Shown here: positions 29,213 to 44,486 of the stretch, one piece after another | Layout of the letters: every line of letters starts with the position of its first letter | How positions within the stretch are numbered: the stretch's first letter is position 1 | From: Octopus vulgaris | Lineage: Eukaryota | Length of the DNA stretch: 64,000 nucleotides | Direction of reading: 5' to 3' | Assembly: GCA_951406725.2 (NCBI GenBank) | Contig: OX597821.1 | Coordinates: 77,252,001 to 77,316,000, forward strand | Program-made: the position numbers and the translations under genes | The notes under the pieces: model-generated | What the model was told of the DNA's origin: nothing | Seen by the model: only the letters and a program-made list of their open reading frames with translations | Database searches by the model: none

Positions 29213-29708
29213 CAGATTACAAGTTCAGGTTTATACCTGTAATTACTGAAGCCCTGGGATATGTAACACGCTGCCTAAATACCAATCTTGAGAAATTAGG
29301 CTTCTCAAAACCAGAAAGAGAAAGCTAATTCGAAGACTACAGAACCAATCCATCACTAGAACTGTAAAAATCTGTAAAACTTTCCAGAAGTTTACCATTT
29401 AAATATTTATGAGCATGTCTAGATGTGTAACTATATGCATGAGAATACATGCATAAAACATACAAATCTGCATATACATATATATACATACATACATACA
29501 TACATGCATACATACATACATACATACATGCATACATACATACATACATACATACATACATACATACATACATACATACATACATACATACTCTGTTGTT
29601 GAAGTTGAAATTCCAATGAAGGAGCCTTGGATCTATGCTAGAAAATCTTGAAATAAACTGAATAATGTCGTACATACATACATACATACATACATACATA
29701 CATACATA
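29213..29708 (+). mobile_element. 3' end of an R4/Dong-like (RLE) non-LTR retrotransposon within (CATA)n
   Basis: Reads [61 protein letters not shown] with one frameshift, fitting the RLE C-terminal PVIxGALG...LQ..GT motif. The presumed 3' UTR ends aaataaactgaataatg, then (CATA)n. Confidence 0.7.
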
Positions 29709-30821
29709 CTTAAAGAGAGATGTGTGTTTGTATGTATGAATGTCTGTGTGCATACATATATAGATATAATATAGAAATATATATGTATATGAATACAATA
29801 CGAGAATAGTCACAATGTAAGAAACACCTTTTTAAAATGTAAAACTTACGGTGATCCATTACATGTACCAACGTAAAGAACAGAGAACAAGGACGACCTT
29901 TCCAAGATTTGCAATCATTTCAAGAATAAACAAGCAAAACATGAAACAATGCTTTGAAGCAACAAATTAAACAGAATTGACTCAGCTGTATCCAAGACCT
30001 GTTTAGAAGGGAAGCATTAAGCGCTGGACAGGAAATTGTAACGTCTAAAGAATCAATGATAATCGAAGGGTTTTTATGTGACTATTATTGATTTATGCTT
30101 CCGCTAATGATAAACATAGGGCGTAAAGGGCGGAAGTGGTCTGTTGCAATGAAGAAATTTATAGTAAAATCGCAACTGGATTCTAACGTAATGAATGCAT
30201 AACAGGAAACAACTTGTTATTAATACGATTAATTAAGGAATATGAGAATTTTAAGGAAAGTCTAGTGGTCCAAACATCTGAAATAAGTACGATTAATTTG
30301 TTGTTGTATTTATTTTATTTTATCATTTTTTTTCATCATCAACTTCATCTTCGGGTTATACATTTACAGTATTTACATGTAGACTATATTTTGGTTGTTT
30401 AATCTCCGGTCTTCATCAGGATGTATGAACATAGATCCAGTGTGGTTTCCATCAAGAAACTATTGTTCTTGAAGTAAGTGGAAATAGTAATATCAGATTT
30501 ATATAATTGAGTGCACTGGAGTTCGAAACCAATATGAAAATTCTGTTCTACACATCCAGGAATCAGTTACCAAACGGTGAACGGTGATAAAAGTGATCCA
30601 AATAAGGTAAACGTATAAATATTATAAGCAAACACCCGAAAGATGGTGTCGTTTGTCTTGTATTTTGTATTGTAATTTGTATTTTTAAGGTGACTGGAAA
30701 ATTCCTGAAACATTCTTCCCAGAAGATAATGAAAGAAAAAGAGATGAAAAAAGGAAAGTAAAAATCAAATAAAACTAGGAAAATACTAAATGGATGTCAA
30801 AATTTTTGTATGGTTATAACA

Positions 30822-31305
30822 CTCCATCCATCCATACATTATGCTTTCCCACTATTCCTAGTAGGTTTTTGGGAGCAGAGTCCTCATGCACCTTCTCTTA
30901 CAAGGTCCAATCAGAAGCAACCATCATAACATGTTTTGGTTAGATTCCCAAGTGTGACCAATTGAAACTTCAAATATTATCAAACCATCTCATTCTTGGA
31001 CTACGCCTAGGTCCCCTACCGGTTGGCTCCGCTTGAGGAATCCGTCTTGCGATTCTTTCCTACGACATTCTAACCACAGGTCCATAATAACGGAGATTTG
31101 ACATTTCAATGCGACAAAGTAGCAAACCACCCTGGGGAGATTCCCTGGTATCCAATGACCTTACACCAAGGACCCTTCGGAGTAACCCTTTCATGGTGGT
31201 AATCGGTACATTATCAAGGAAGTTTAGCACAGACCATCAAGAATCTGATCGAAGATTCATAAACAGAATTACAAAAGCGAAGAAGTTCTTCATTTGCAAG
31301 GACCT
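30822..31305 (-). mobile_element. RTE-clade (Rex3/Expander-like) LINE 3' relic
   Basis: Minus strand reads LLCRIEMSNLRYYGPVVRMS*ERIARRIPQAEPTGRGPRRSPRMRWFDNI*SFNWSHLGI (RTE: LRWxGHxxRM...GxRxxGRPxxRW). It has a short (GGAT)n tail at ~30823-30835. Confidence 0.8.
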
Positions 31306-31316
31306 ATTTAAAGAAT

Positions 31317-31706
31317 GTGGAGGCGCAATGGCCCAGTGTTTAGGGCAGCGGACTCGCGGTCATAGGATCGCGGTTTCGATTCCCAGACCGGGCGTTGTGA
31401 GTGTTTATTGAGCGAAAACACCTAAAGCTCCACGAGGCTCCGGCAGGGGATGGTGGTGATCCCTGCTGTACTCTTTCACCACAACTTTCTTTCACTCTTA
31501 CTTCCTGTTTCTCTTATACCTGTATTTTCAAAGGGCCGGCCTTGTCACTCTCTGTGTCACGCTGAATATCCCCGAGAACTACGTTAAGGGTACAGGTGCC
31601 TGTGGAGTGCTCAGCCACTTACACGTTAATTTCACGAGCAGGCTGTTCCGTTGATTCGGATCAACCGGAACCCTCATCGTCGTAACCGACGGAGTGCTTC
31701 CATTCC
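31317..31706 (+). mobile_element. Full-length tRNA-derived SINE (family C) with 11-bp TSD
   Basis: A box tggcccagtg and B box ggtttcgattccc; direct repeat atttaaagaat at 31306-31316 and 31707-31717. Confidence 0.9.
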
Positions 31707-32754
31707 ATTTAAAGAATACTGTAGTCTGTGGCTTTCAATTTTTGAAGACTCTGTAAGTTCCACAAAGCTACAACTGGTTATATTGTGTCTTCTGTATCAA
31801 TAAACACTCTGGTTGTACAGCGATCCCAGCCTGGGGTCTGCGGTTGCAACCCGAGGTTTGCGAACACTGAGAGGCAATACTGTATGGCCTGTGAAATGAG
31901 TTTAAAATATTAACAAGTTGCAATGTAAAATGATTAATTATTTAATTACATATAAACATTCCGTTACATATATCTTACATTTAAAAGATGAAACTGGTGA
32001 ACGGGTGCATTTGTGAGTTAATCGGGTAATTGGGTAGAAGACAGACGCTTCAAAACCGCGAGGTCCATGGGAAAACTTATTTGAAAGAGGAAGTTTTTAG
32101 TAATTAAACACTCGATAACAAAAGGTTGGTGACATAGCAAGCTGCAGAACTTTCTACGCTATAAATTCAGTCAATAAGAAAGAAAAAAACGGTTGAGTCT
32201 GTATGTGTTCGCAAACGATCTGCTAGAAATACCAACCAAATACTCCAGCAAGGATTTCCACATAACTTTCAAATAAAAAAAGAAACGGATGGACACACTG
32301 GGTTATGTAGTCCTTAATACACTATACGGGGAGACAGAAATGTGGACCTCATGATAGATCTATCCAACAAAGTTTGGACAGAGCTAAACACGAAAATAAA
32401 CAACCCTGTCCATACTGTTCAAATTAGCAGAGCCAAGAGCCGGAGCAAGCAGTCACTAACAAAAGGACCATGAAAATTTGTGAATCACAATACATAAACA
32501 GAAGTACATTTGTTCAATAAGGAGAAAAGAAAGACCCCACTAACCAGATATCATTAAAGGGTAATGGTGAAACAAGTACCAAGTCATAAGTCTTTCAATC
32601 CCAGAGGATTAAAATATTCCTTACTAAAACCGAAGGAAACATCTTAATAAATAAATGGCTGGAAACAGAAATGAAGAATAAGAGACGAAAAGTTTCCATT
32701 ACAAATTAGAATTAAAGAAATTATTAAATTGGTATGAAACCACATAGAAATTGA

Positions 32755-32802
<48 letters not shown>

Positions 32803-33281
32803 ATGTATATACATATATATATATAGGTGATATGTATATACATATATATGTATATATATGTATATACCTATATATATATATGTATGTATATATATATATA
32901 TATACATATGTATATATATATGCGTGTATATGTATATATATATATTTATATATATGTATACATACATACACACAATTACACACACACACACATATATATG
33001 TATATATGCATGTATATATGTATATTAAATATAATATATATATATATATAAAACTTATATAAAAACTTAAATACACATATTTATATATACCTATTTATAA
33101 TACAAAGAAATACATATAGGCACCCACACATATATACATATAAACAGATATACATATAAACACCCACACGCATATAAGTATATATGCATATACATATATA
33201 TATATATATATGCATATATATATAATATATACATGTATGTATATATATAAATGTATATATATACTTATATAGAGAGACAGG

Positions 33282-33322
<41 letters not shown>

Positions 33323-33843
33323 GCAGAGAGACAGAAAGACAGACAGACATTTATACAGACAGCTAGATATACATACAGATATACGCATGAATGTACATAT
33401 ACATATATATACTTCTGCATATATCTGAATCTGCATATGTATACATGTGTGTGTGTGTGTGTTTGTGTGTGTGTGCGTGCGTGCGTGTGTGTGCGTGCGT
33501 GTGTGTGTGTGTGTGTGTTTAAATATGTTTTTGCACATACACAAACATACATATGTGTGAGTATGCGTGGGCGTATGTTGCATATAAATATATATAGGCA
33601 GACAAACACACACACACAAACACACACACGCGTGTGTATGTGTGTATGTATGCGTGTACTACAGTTTACTAAAGAAATAACACACCAGTGATTACATGGA
33701 TGTATATATGTATGCATGCATGTATGTATGTATGTGTGTATGTATGTATGTATGCGTTCCTATTTCGCAAAGGCTTAGCGATATTATTAACCTGATACTA
33801 ACCTTATGCTTCAGAACAAATTGTTACTTGAGTATAGAGAGCA

Positions 33844-33905
<62 letters not shown>

Positions 33906-34318
33906 GTGTCTGTGTGTCTGTGTGTCTTCGTCTCTGTGTTTGTCTCTACTACCGCTTGACAACCGGCGTTGGCGTATTTACTTCCCGTAACTTAGTGGTT
34001 CAGCAAAAGAGACCGACAGAATAAAAGTACCAGACTTAAAAAAGTAAACCCTGAGATCGATTCGTTCGACTGAAATTCTTGAAGGCGGTGCCCCAGCGTG
34101 GCCGCAGTTTAATGGCTGAAACAAGTAACAGATAAAAATATCCATATAAATAAATTCCGATGGAGTTGAATATCCCAGAGTGGTACCGCATCAGACAAGT
34201 ACCGCGGTGTGCTACTCTAGTCTGATGTGGTTTTGCTCCGGTACATTCAGCCACGTTTGAATTCAAATGGATATGGTATTTTTTACCCGCATAATCATTT
34301 ATAATCAGCGCTAATCAG

Positions 34319-34421
<103 letters not shown>

Positions 34422-34449
34422 AGAAAAAAGCAACAAAAATGGATCAATA

Positions 34450-34539
34450 TTTCGGTACAATTGTTTCATACGAAGACCAGCTTTATTAAGGCTGCAAATA
34501 TTGCAGCAAATGCAAGTGGCCCGTACTCATCAGCCGAAA
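34450..34539 (-). ncRNA. Type I hammerhead ribozyme, canonical core, extended stem II
   Basis: UUUCGG-CUGAUGA-GUACG GGCC...(GCUGCAAUAUUUGCAGC hairpin)...GGUC UU CGUAU-GAAA-CAAUUG-UA-CCGAAA. It has a GUA triplet and palindromic stem III, and lies in a ~200-bp element between (TA)n tracts. Confidence 0.8.
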
Positions 34540-34867
34540 AAACATCTGAGTTCTCCAAACATCTAAGGGGGTTGAGGCTACACTCCTGAAACATCATATT
34601 TCAACTAGTAACAAGTTGCTATATATATATATATATATATAGCAACTTGTTACCAGTTGAAATATATTCGTGAAAGCCATTCACTCTGTCTTTTCGAGGA
34701 CCAAACTCTTTCGCCATTGACCAATAGTTGTAAATACATCGAGTCAGATCATAGCGTCACCTAATCAGATTTGGATGCATACATTTCCGAAATGCATGCA
34801 TCCAGCCGTCCTGTTGAGAGCTTTATAAAAAAAAATGACTCCGTGTATTTACTCCTACTTCTCCACA

Positions 34868-35186
34868 GCAATGATTTTCAACCGGGACCCAGATGGCTCC
34901 TGAGGATCTATATAAAATTTCTGGGGGTCCACGTAACAAAATAATCCACACAGTATTTTAATGACCCCATGCTTTAGATATATGCATTGGTATTTATTGC
35001 AAGAAACAGCTGGGTTTCTTTTTCTGACATTTTACATGGTTTAAGTGAATGTGAGAAAGACAAAACAAGAATTTTGAAAGAAGCTTCTATGAAACCAATC
35101 GTTAAAAGTCGAATGTACTTGGGGGTGCATCAGAATAAAATAATAATGAAAGGGCTATATAGGTAAGAAACGGTTGAGAACCCATG
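34868..35186. mobile_element. hAT/Charlie-like MITE, degenerate
   Basis: Ends caatgattttcaacc... and ...ggttgagaacccatg resemble CAGTGGTTCTCAACC-type TIRs. A similar left end is at 49904. Confidence 0.5.
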
Positions 35187-35399
35187 GTCTACAGCAAGAC
35201 ATTTTACTCCAAGACAAAGTTAATTGCTATCTTATGGGTTCGAATGTAACTCAAGCATATTTGAATAGGTAACAAGTTTGTAATCATCCATATGTGACAT
35301 GCGCTGAAATGGAATGGTGGAGAAACAATGTTAAAAACAGTATGGAACAGGTGCTGTGATAGATAGATAGATAGATAGATATATAGATAGATAGATATA

Positions 35400-35596
35400 G
35401 CTATTTCCTAGAAATCTAATGCTCGTGGAGCAGTTTTTCCTTGAGGCTGGCCGGATCGGAGCGATCTCAAGATTAATCAGCCGAAATTGCGAAGATGATC
35501 CGGTTCTTGATTGAAGATTAGAGGCTTCGAATGACCCGTCCGTTTTCTGTGTCGTCTCTTTGAGTGTTTTGCGTTCTTGTCTCATTTTGTATTTTT
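35400..35596 (+). mobile_element. Microsatellite-associated dispersed element; related copies at ~10770-10918 (+) and ~58825-59040 (-)
   Basis: Shared cagccgaaattg...gacccgtc...gcgttcttgtctcatttt; each copy ends at a TA-rich tract. Confidence 0.7.
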
Positions 35597-35632
35597 ATAT
35601 ATATTTCTTATACATATATATATATATAAATA

Positions 35633-35677
<45 letters not shown>

Positions 35678-36130
35678 CCCACACAAATATATCCACACGC
35701 ATATGTAGAATAGATGTATATGTATATGTATGTATCCATAGGTGTATGAGTGAGTGCGTGTGCGTGTTTGTGTTAGTACTTGCCCCACCACCCATACCAC
35801 CCACCCCGCCCAGTTTGACAACAGGCATTAGTTTGTTTACGTCACAATAGTGTAGCGGCTCATCAAATACTGACAGAATAATTATAATGCTTTAAAATAA
35901 GTAACATTATCGATTTGTTCGATTACATCCAGTGCAAAGATTGGAATGTATATATAAATGTGTGTGTGTATATATTTGTATATATATATATAATATGTAC
36001 ATGTTTGTATATATGTATGTATATATATGTGTGTATGTATGTATGTATATGTATATATATATATGCATATATATGTATGTGTATATATATATATATGTGT
36101 GTGTGTATATATATATGTATGTGTTATATA

Positions 36131-36231
<101 letters not shown>

Positions 36232-36336
36232 GTATGTATGTGTGTATATGTATATAGATAAACAACTTTAAAGGTATTTTTTAATATGCTGGCTATTGAT
36301 AAAAAAATTTTTTCGCAAATATTTTATCCTACATTA

Positions 36337-36397
<61 letters not shown>

Positions 36398-36802
36398 AGA
36401 TTGCTAAGTCATGAATGTGAACTTTCCGTGGGTGGTTGGGTGTGTGCATATATATGTATTTATATATATGTATATATACACAACACATAAACATATATAT
36501 GTATATATATATATATAAACATATATATGTATGTTTATAAGTAGGCATACATGCTTACATATACGTAAGAATATCGTGTGTATATATATATATATATATG
36601 TATATACACACACATAAGTTTGTGTGTGTGTGTGTGTGCCTATGTGTGTGGGTGGGTGGATGGTTGGTTGGTTGGGTATTATCGGAAACCCTGTCAGTTT
36701 CTTTTTAAAAGTTCTATAAACATGGACTCTAAGAAGCAGTGAGATTTGTCAGTTTAATTTAAGATTGATTTTATTATAAATCGGAAAAAACAAACATTGA
36801 TA

Positions 36803-37318
<516 letters not shown>

Positions 37319-37369
37319 CATAGAAAAGCTAAAAATTTTAAAACTATTTCAATACTTAAAGAAAGAAAA

Positions 37370-37417
<48 letters not shown>

Positions 37418-37420
<3 letters not shown>

Positions 37421-37697
37421 CGGAGATGTACTTGCATAGCAAGTCACCTGATCTGAGATCGTGAGCTGGAACGAAAAACAATTTCAGCGTGGAAGGTGTT
37501 TATAAGACATTTAAACACACAAAAACCGTTAGATTCACTTCAACATTTAAATTTAATTTGCAGCGCGGAATTTTGTCAGTGAACAGGTCGCGGTCTCAAA
37601 GCGACGAACATATTTTGACAAATTAAATTTAAATGTTGGAGCGAATCTAACGATTTTTGTGTGCTTTTAAATGGTTTATAAACACCTTTCGCGCTGC
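37418..37697. repeat. Partial fold-back copy of the 7272 element
   Basis: ~37486-37560 is inverted at ~37615-37696; (TA)n lies on both sides. Confidence 0.85.
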
Positions 37698-37763
<66 letters not shown>

Positions 37764-38627
37764 CAGAAACGCTTATATGTGTGTGTGTGTATACATGTAT
37801 GTATATACGTATGTGTGAATATGTATGTGTGTATGCATGTGCGTATGTATATGTATGTGACCAAAAGGTAGTTACGTACTTCTCAGAATCCCTTGGGCTT
37901 CCTTACCAGTTCCCTACTACCGGATGCAATTTAAACTCTGACCCATAGAATTAACGCCTGTTGTGGCCCCAGCTATGGCCTTAACTTGCATGTGGACCAC
38001 AATAAGCGAATGAACCCTAGATATTATTAGCTCTTCCTTCTTAGAGAAGGTAAACTCGCATAAAGAATTTTTTTTTTTAAACCTGAAGTGCTGTTGGTTC
38101 CTGGTCAACATAACCTTTGTTGGGTCACCGAATAGAAGTTCACGCGCAAGAATTTGGACAGAGTTCCCAAGTTTAGAAAGGACACTTATTCAGTCTATTT
38201 ACGGATATACATAACGATAGATAGATTAATGTGTTTGTATATTATATACATGTAAATGTTCTTTATTCACATATGCTCATTCGTTTATATATATATATCT
38301 ACGTACGTATGTGTGTTGTAGGTATGTATATATGAATTTTTGTGTGTATAGGTATGTATATATTATTTATTATTATTATTTAATTGAACGCCACGCATTC
38401 ATGTATATATACATACGCAAACATACATGCATATAAATATACATACATACATACATGCATGCATACGTACATAGGTACATACATACATGTACATATTAAC
38501 ATGTAATATACCACCGTTTGGTAACAATAATAGCCCCGATAAAGTCTACTAATGTATATATATATATTTATATCAGTTGATCTATCTATCAGTCTATCTC
38601 TCTCACACACTCTCTCTCTCTCACACA

Positions 38628-38680
<53 letters not shown>

Positions 38681-38819
38681 TATATATATATATATAAAGA
38701 TATATATATATATATATAGATATATAAAATTGAATAAGGGTAGAAATTGATATTAATCAATGAAAACCAGTGGCCTAGCATATTAAATAATCCGAAGATT
38801 AAAATATTTTTTACATACA

Positions 38820-38969
38820 AAATTTGAAGGACTGACCACTAAAAGTGGACAGTCAATATTTTTTGGCTGAGTTTTTTCTTGAGAACACATTCTTCGTTGA
38901 AAATAGCGATTTTGACGTCTATATCTAGCATATTGACTGTCCACTTTTAGTGGTCAGTCCTTTAAATTT
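38820..38969. repeat. Element with ~40-bp inverted ends; related single copy at ~12765-12868
   Basis: aatttgaaggactgaccactaaaagtggacagtcaatat / atattgactgtccacttttagtggtcagtcctttaaatt; internal gagaacacattcttcgt is shared with 12781. Confidence 0.8.
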
Positions 38970-39244
38970 TGGATATAGCTATATATATATATATATATAT
39001 ATACATATAGATATAGATATATATATATAGATGCATATATTTATATATATATATATTTCTTTATATATATAAAACAGGTTTATGTTTGTATATATACCTA
39101 TTGGTATGTTTGTATGTGTGTGTACTGCAATCATTTCTACTCCAAGTTTCGTGAACAGCGCAGCCTCAATTGAACCGCGGCCGAGATTTGATCTAGGAAG
39201 CACATCCATCCACCTCAACCCTAACTAAATTCTCTAATTTCTTT

Positions 39245-39634
39245 TTATTCTTTACTTATTTCAGTCATTTGAGACTACGGCCATGCTGGAGCACCGCCTT
39301 CGGTCGAACAAACCGGCCCCAGGACTTATTCTTCGTGTGTCCAGTACTTATTCCATCGGCATCTTTTGCCGAACCGCTTCGTTACGGGATACGTTGACAC
39401 GCCAGCATCGGTTGTCAAGCGATGGTACGAGGACAATCACAGAAACACACAGACATATAAATATATATATACGACGAGCTTCTTTCAGTTTCTGTCTACC
39501 AAATCCATTCACAAGGCTTTAGTCAGCCCGAGGCTTTAGTAAAAGACACTTGCCCAAGGTACCACGCAGTGGGACTGAACTCAGAACCATGTGGCTGGGA
39601 AGTAAGTTACTTACCACACAGCCACTCCTGCACC
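39245..39634 (-). mobile_element. SINE family A copy
   Basis: Full-length reverse-complement match. Confidence 0.88.
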
Positions 39635-39764
39635 TATTTCACTTAGTGTAATTATATTTGACTACTTTGCATATCGTTCATTACAACGTGCATTTCAACC
39701 TTTAGACATGCACATATTTGCATACACACTCACACACACTTACACATATATACATATAGATATA

Positions 39765-39965
39765 TTTTTCTACTATAGGCACAAGGCCCGAAATTTTGAG
39801 GGAGGGGGGCCAGTCGAATACATCGACCCCAAAACGCATCTGGTACTTAATTAATCGACCCCGAAAGGATGAAAGGCAAAGTCGACCTCGGTGGAATTTG
39901 AACTCAGAAGGTAAAGACAAACGAAATTTCGCCCAGCGTGCTAACCTTTCTGCCAGCTCGCCGCC
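39765..39965 (-). mobile_element. SINE family B copy (further copies at ~10365-10567, ~20613-20815, ~28036-28225, ~50820-50932)
   Basis: Contains tcgaccccgaaaggatgaaaggcaaagtcgacctcgg.ggaatttgaactcag. Confidence 0.85.
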
Positions 39966-40232
39966 TTATATACAGAAAAAAAATTAGAGATCAAATTTTT
40001 ATATATAAAAGATGGCGGTGGAAACAGGACAGAAAAAGGGATTTTAAAAAATTACATAATGAAAAAGTTACCGGCTTCGATGAATTTCATCAAAATCAGT
40101 AAAAATTTATAAACATTTGGAGTAAAAACAGCTTATCTTCTGTCTGGGGGTCACTTATCCAGATAGATGAATGGATCAATAGATTACAGATATATGATTA
40201 TACCTGTTTGTGTATATGTGTGTATATATGTA

Positions 40233-40284
<52 letters not shown>

Positions 40285-40476
40285 CACACATGCACACACA
40301 TATATAGATAGATAGATAGATATACTTGTATGCATATATATATGCATATTTATATATACACATATACATAGACATATATATATATACATAAATATACATA
40401 TATCTATCTATGTATATATATATATATATGTATACATATATAGATATATCAAAATACATATATGATATATATGATA

Positions 40477-40521
<45 letters not shown>

Positions 40522-40632
40522 TATATATATAAAGAATAAAATTCAGTATGTATGAAAGGTGAATATTTATATATATATTCATATATATATATATATGTGT
40601 GTGTGTATTAAGGTATATAAATACATATATAT

Positions 40633-40681
<49 letters not shown>

Positions 40682-40696
40682 TATAAAAACATATAT

Positions 40697-41040
40697 AAAG
40701 GGTAAAGACCCCCTTCGGTCATGAATGACCATGGGATTGCACCTAGAAAGTTACCCTCCTAGACACAAGTCCGGGCAAGGTTGTTTATGGAAGACCAGCA
40801 GTCGCCCATGCATACCAGCCTCCCCTCTCCACGCCACCAGTGTTATCCAAGGGAAAGACAAAGGTCGATACAGCTTGGCACCAGTGACGTCGCAACTCAT
40901 TTCTACAGCTGAGTGAACTGGAGCAACGTGAAATAAAGTGCCTTGCTCAAGAACACAACACGCAGCCCGGTCCGGGATTCGAGCTCACAACCTTACGATC
41001 GTAAGCTCGACGCTCTAACCACTGAGCCATGCGCCTTCAC
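40697..41040 (-). mobile_element. tRNA-derived CORE-like SINE (family D); second copy at ~56245-56573
   Basis: Minus head gtgaaggcgcatggctcagtggttagagcgtc...ctcgaatccc, then the CORE-like gtgttcttgagcaaggcactttatttcacgttgctccagttcactcagctg. Confidence 0.85.
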
Positions 41041-41203
<163 letters not shown>

Positions 41204-41730
41204 TATATATATCGTAAGGATTACGGCCGTTTCGCAACCTTCTTCATGTTCTTTAGCGTGGAAGTAATTATGCTTAATGCTTGCAGTAATATGCCTGCTC
41301 GCTATGTTCTCAAATCAATACAAATAAAGAAAGCTGGCTCATCACATCGCCAGAACATCATTGTTGCACGTAAGCATAATTTGAAACGAATACTGCACGA
41401 AGAATGTTGCGAAACATTCACCACTCATAGCTCTTGATTTTTGGGGTTTATATACTCCTCATGGAAAGGTGTCATCGTTCACTTCTGGATTTCGACTGAA
41501 TGGACGCTTTACTTCCTACTTCTCTTTACTGGATTTCTCCGTGGAATGGTAACCGAGTCCGTAAGTGGAGCTCACTGTGACAGCCATACGAATAGGGCCT
41601 GAATTCATATCTTATATATATATATTAATAAATTTTAGGGTAACAAAATATTCTAGAAAAACTCTCCGCTACGAGCGGTCAAGTGAGAAAGAAAAAATAG
41701 TCAATAGACTATGTAATATACATTCAGACA

Positions 41731-41892
41731 TATAAGGGATGGCCATAATAGGACATCCGACTCTCTAGAAAGAGCAGTTAAACTCCAAACCACTAATAGT
41801 TGTTTATTCTGAAATGGAAAGAGAAATAAAAACGTTTACCCTATCCTGCTCTTTCTAGTGAGTTGGATGTCCTATTATGGCCATCCCTTATA
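41731..41892. repeat. Inverted repeat with ~47-bp arms next to TA-rich tract
   Basis: tataagggatggccataataggacatcc.actc.ctagaaagagcag and its reverse complement at ~41846-41892. Confidence 0.88.
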
Positions 41893-41922
41893 TGTTTGAA
41901 TATATGTATATATATATATATA

Positions 41923-41982
<60 letters not shown>

Positions 41983-42233
41983 CATACATACATACATACA
42001 TACATACATACATACATACATACATACATACATACATACATACATACATCGCGGAGTAGATGCAACAGGGGACAACTGAAGAAGGGGAATATTCTTTTTG
42101 TTGTACGTCTCCTTTCTCTGTTTGTTTGTTTTTTTGTTGTTTGAAAAAAAGTTAGTTTTCTATGTTTTTGTTTTTATGTTTTCGTTTCTCATTGTGTTCT
42201 ACGTTTTTGTGTGTGCCCTGTACCCATATATGC

Positions 42234-42309
<76 letters not shown>

Positions 42310-42419
42310 CTAAAGCTTTATCAGAGCGCTATATATATATGTAGGTATGTACATATATGTATATATACATATATTTATATATATTTATATTATATATATA
42401 TTATTAATATTATTATTAA

Positions 42420-42453
<34 letters not shown>

Positions 42454-42527
42454 GAATTGAACGCCTCGCATTCATTACCTATGTGTGTGTGTGTATACAT
42501 ATGTATGTATGTATGTGTGTATATATA

Positions 42528-42585
<58 letters not shown>

Positions 42586-42861
42586 TACACACAAACATAT
42601 GCATACATATATCTATGTATACAAACATCGAAATATAGTCTATCTATATAAGCATGTATAAATACACATTCAGACTATAATTTGTTAGTTATCCTCCGGT
42701 CTTACCTTTCAGATGTTTCTAAAGTAAAGAAATTTGTACTAAAGTATCACACACACACACACACGCGCGAGTGTGTATAATCATGTATTTATCTACATGC
42801 GCACGTGTGTATATATATATATGTGTATGTATATGTATTAAGGTATATAAATACATATATA

Positions 42862-42926
<65 letters not shown>

Positions 42927-42941
42927 TTATTTTATAGAAGG

Positions 42942-42992
42942 AGCTTCTACAGGACTAGAACTGTTTCATTCAAAAGAAATCATCAGGAAGCT
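42942..42992 (-). ncRNA. Type I hammerhead ribozyme, canonical core
   Basis: AGCUUC-CUGAUGA-UUUC UUUU GAAU-GAAA-CAG uucuaguc CUG-UA-GAAGCU with a GUA triplet. Stem II is weak. It is followed by AAUAAA and (TA)n. Confidence 0.7.
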
Positions 42993-43018
42993 AGGTGACA
43001 AGAGTAGTTTTGGCATTT

Positions 43019-43091
<73 letters not shown>

Positions 43092-43141
43092 GATATATAT
43101 ATGCAGACATATACATGTATGTATATCTATCTGTCTATACC

Positions 43142-43205
<64 letters not shown>

Positions 43206-43816
43206 AATAGATATATACATATTTATAAATGTTATAATAATGGATTAAGGAAAAAGACCACTGCCAAATCTAGCCTTCATTTTCTTCATCAATTATTATT
43301 ATCTCAACTCAGCGGAATTCCTGAAGTAGATCCATGAAGATGCACCCCAAATGTGGATGGCACCCGGTAGCTGAAACTGTGAACGTGCTTCACTCAGCAT
43401 AGTAATTGACATACACCCGTTAGTCCGAAAAATTACAGTTTTATAAATGTATATGTGCGTGCATATATACTCAGAGATGTTGATGGGTGCATAGATAGAC
43501 AAATAGACAGGTAGGTATGTGGGTAAATAGGTAGGTAGGTGGGTAAATAGGTAGGTAGGTAGATAGGTAGGTAGGTAGGTAGGTAGGTAGAAAAACAGAC
43601 AAACAGACAAACACAGATAGATAGGTAGGTATATATATATATATATATATATATGTCTTTTCGTAAGAAAAATTATTTTTATATCAGTAGTAGTAGTAGT
43701 ACTAGTAGTTGTTGTTGTTGTTGTTGTTGTTGTAGTAATAGTAGCAGCAGTAGTAGTTGTAGTATATTCATTTAAATATACTTTATATATATACACACAT
43801 ATATATATACATATAT

Positions 43817-43873
<57 letters not shown>

Positions 43874-44177
43874 CATATACATACATAAATACATACATAA
43901 ATATATATATATATATATATAAATATATGTATTGTTGTAGTGTATATTCCATTCAGGAATTTTCGAAGCTTGAATCTGCAGGTAGCTGCTTACGAAGAAG
44001 GCATAGAGACAAATATATACACGAAGATGTATATACACAAACACAAACACACTCAGACGGAAAGGCACATACACACATACACACATATACATACATACAC
44101 ACATGAATATATAGTTTGTCAGATAACACATACCTACATACGCACATACTGACATACCTACCTACATATATATTTGT

Positions 44178-44454
44178 TTTCTTTTACTTGTTTCTGTCAT
44201 TTGATCGCGGCCATGCTGCAGCACCGCCTCTACTCGAAGAAATCGATCCCAGGACTTATTCTTTGTAAGCCTAGTACTTATTCTGTCGGTATCTTTTGCC
44301 GAACCGCTGGTTACAGGGAGGTAAACGCACTAACAGCGGTTGTCAAGCGATGGTGGAGTCGGGACAAACACAGACACTCAATTATATACATACATACATA
44401 CATACATACATACATACATACATACATACATACATACATACATACATACATACA

Positions 44455-44486
<32 letters not shown>

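Noticed and set aside
31317-31395. tRNA genes at SINE heads
   Set aside because: A and B boxes run directly into SINE bodies with TSDs, and I could not fold a full cloverleaf.
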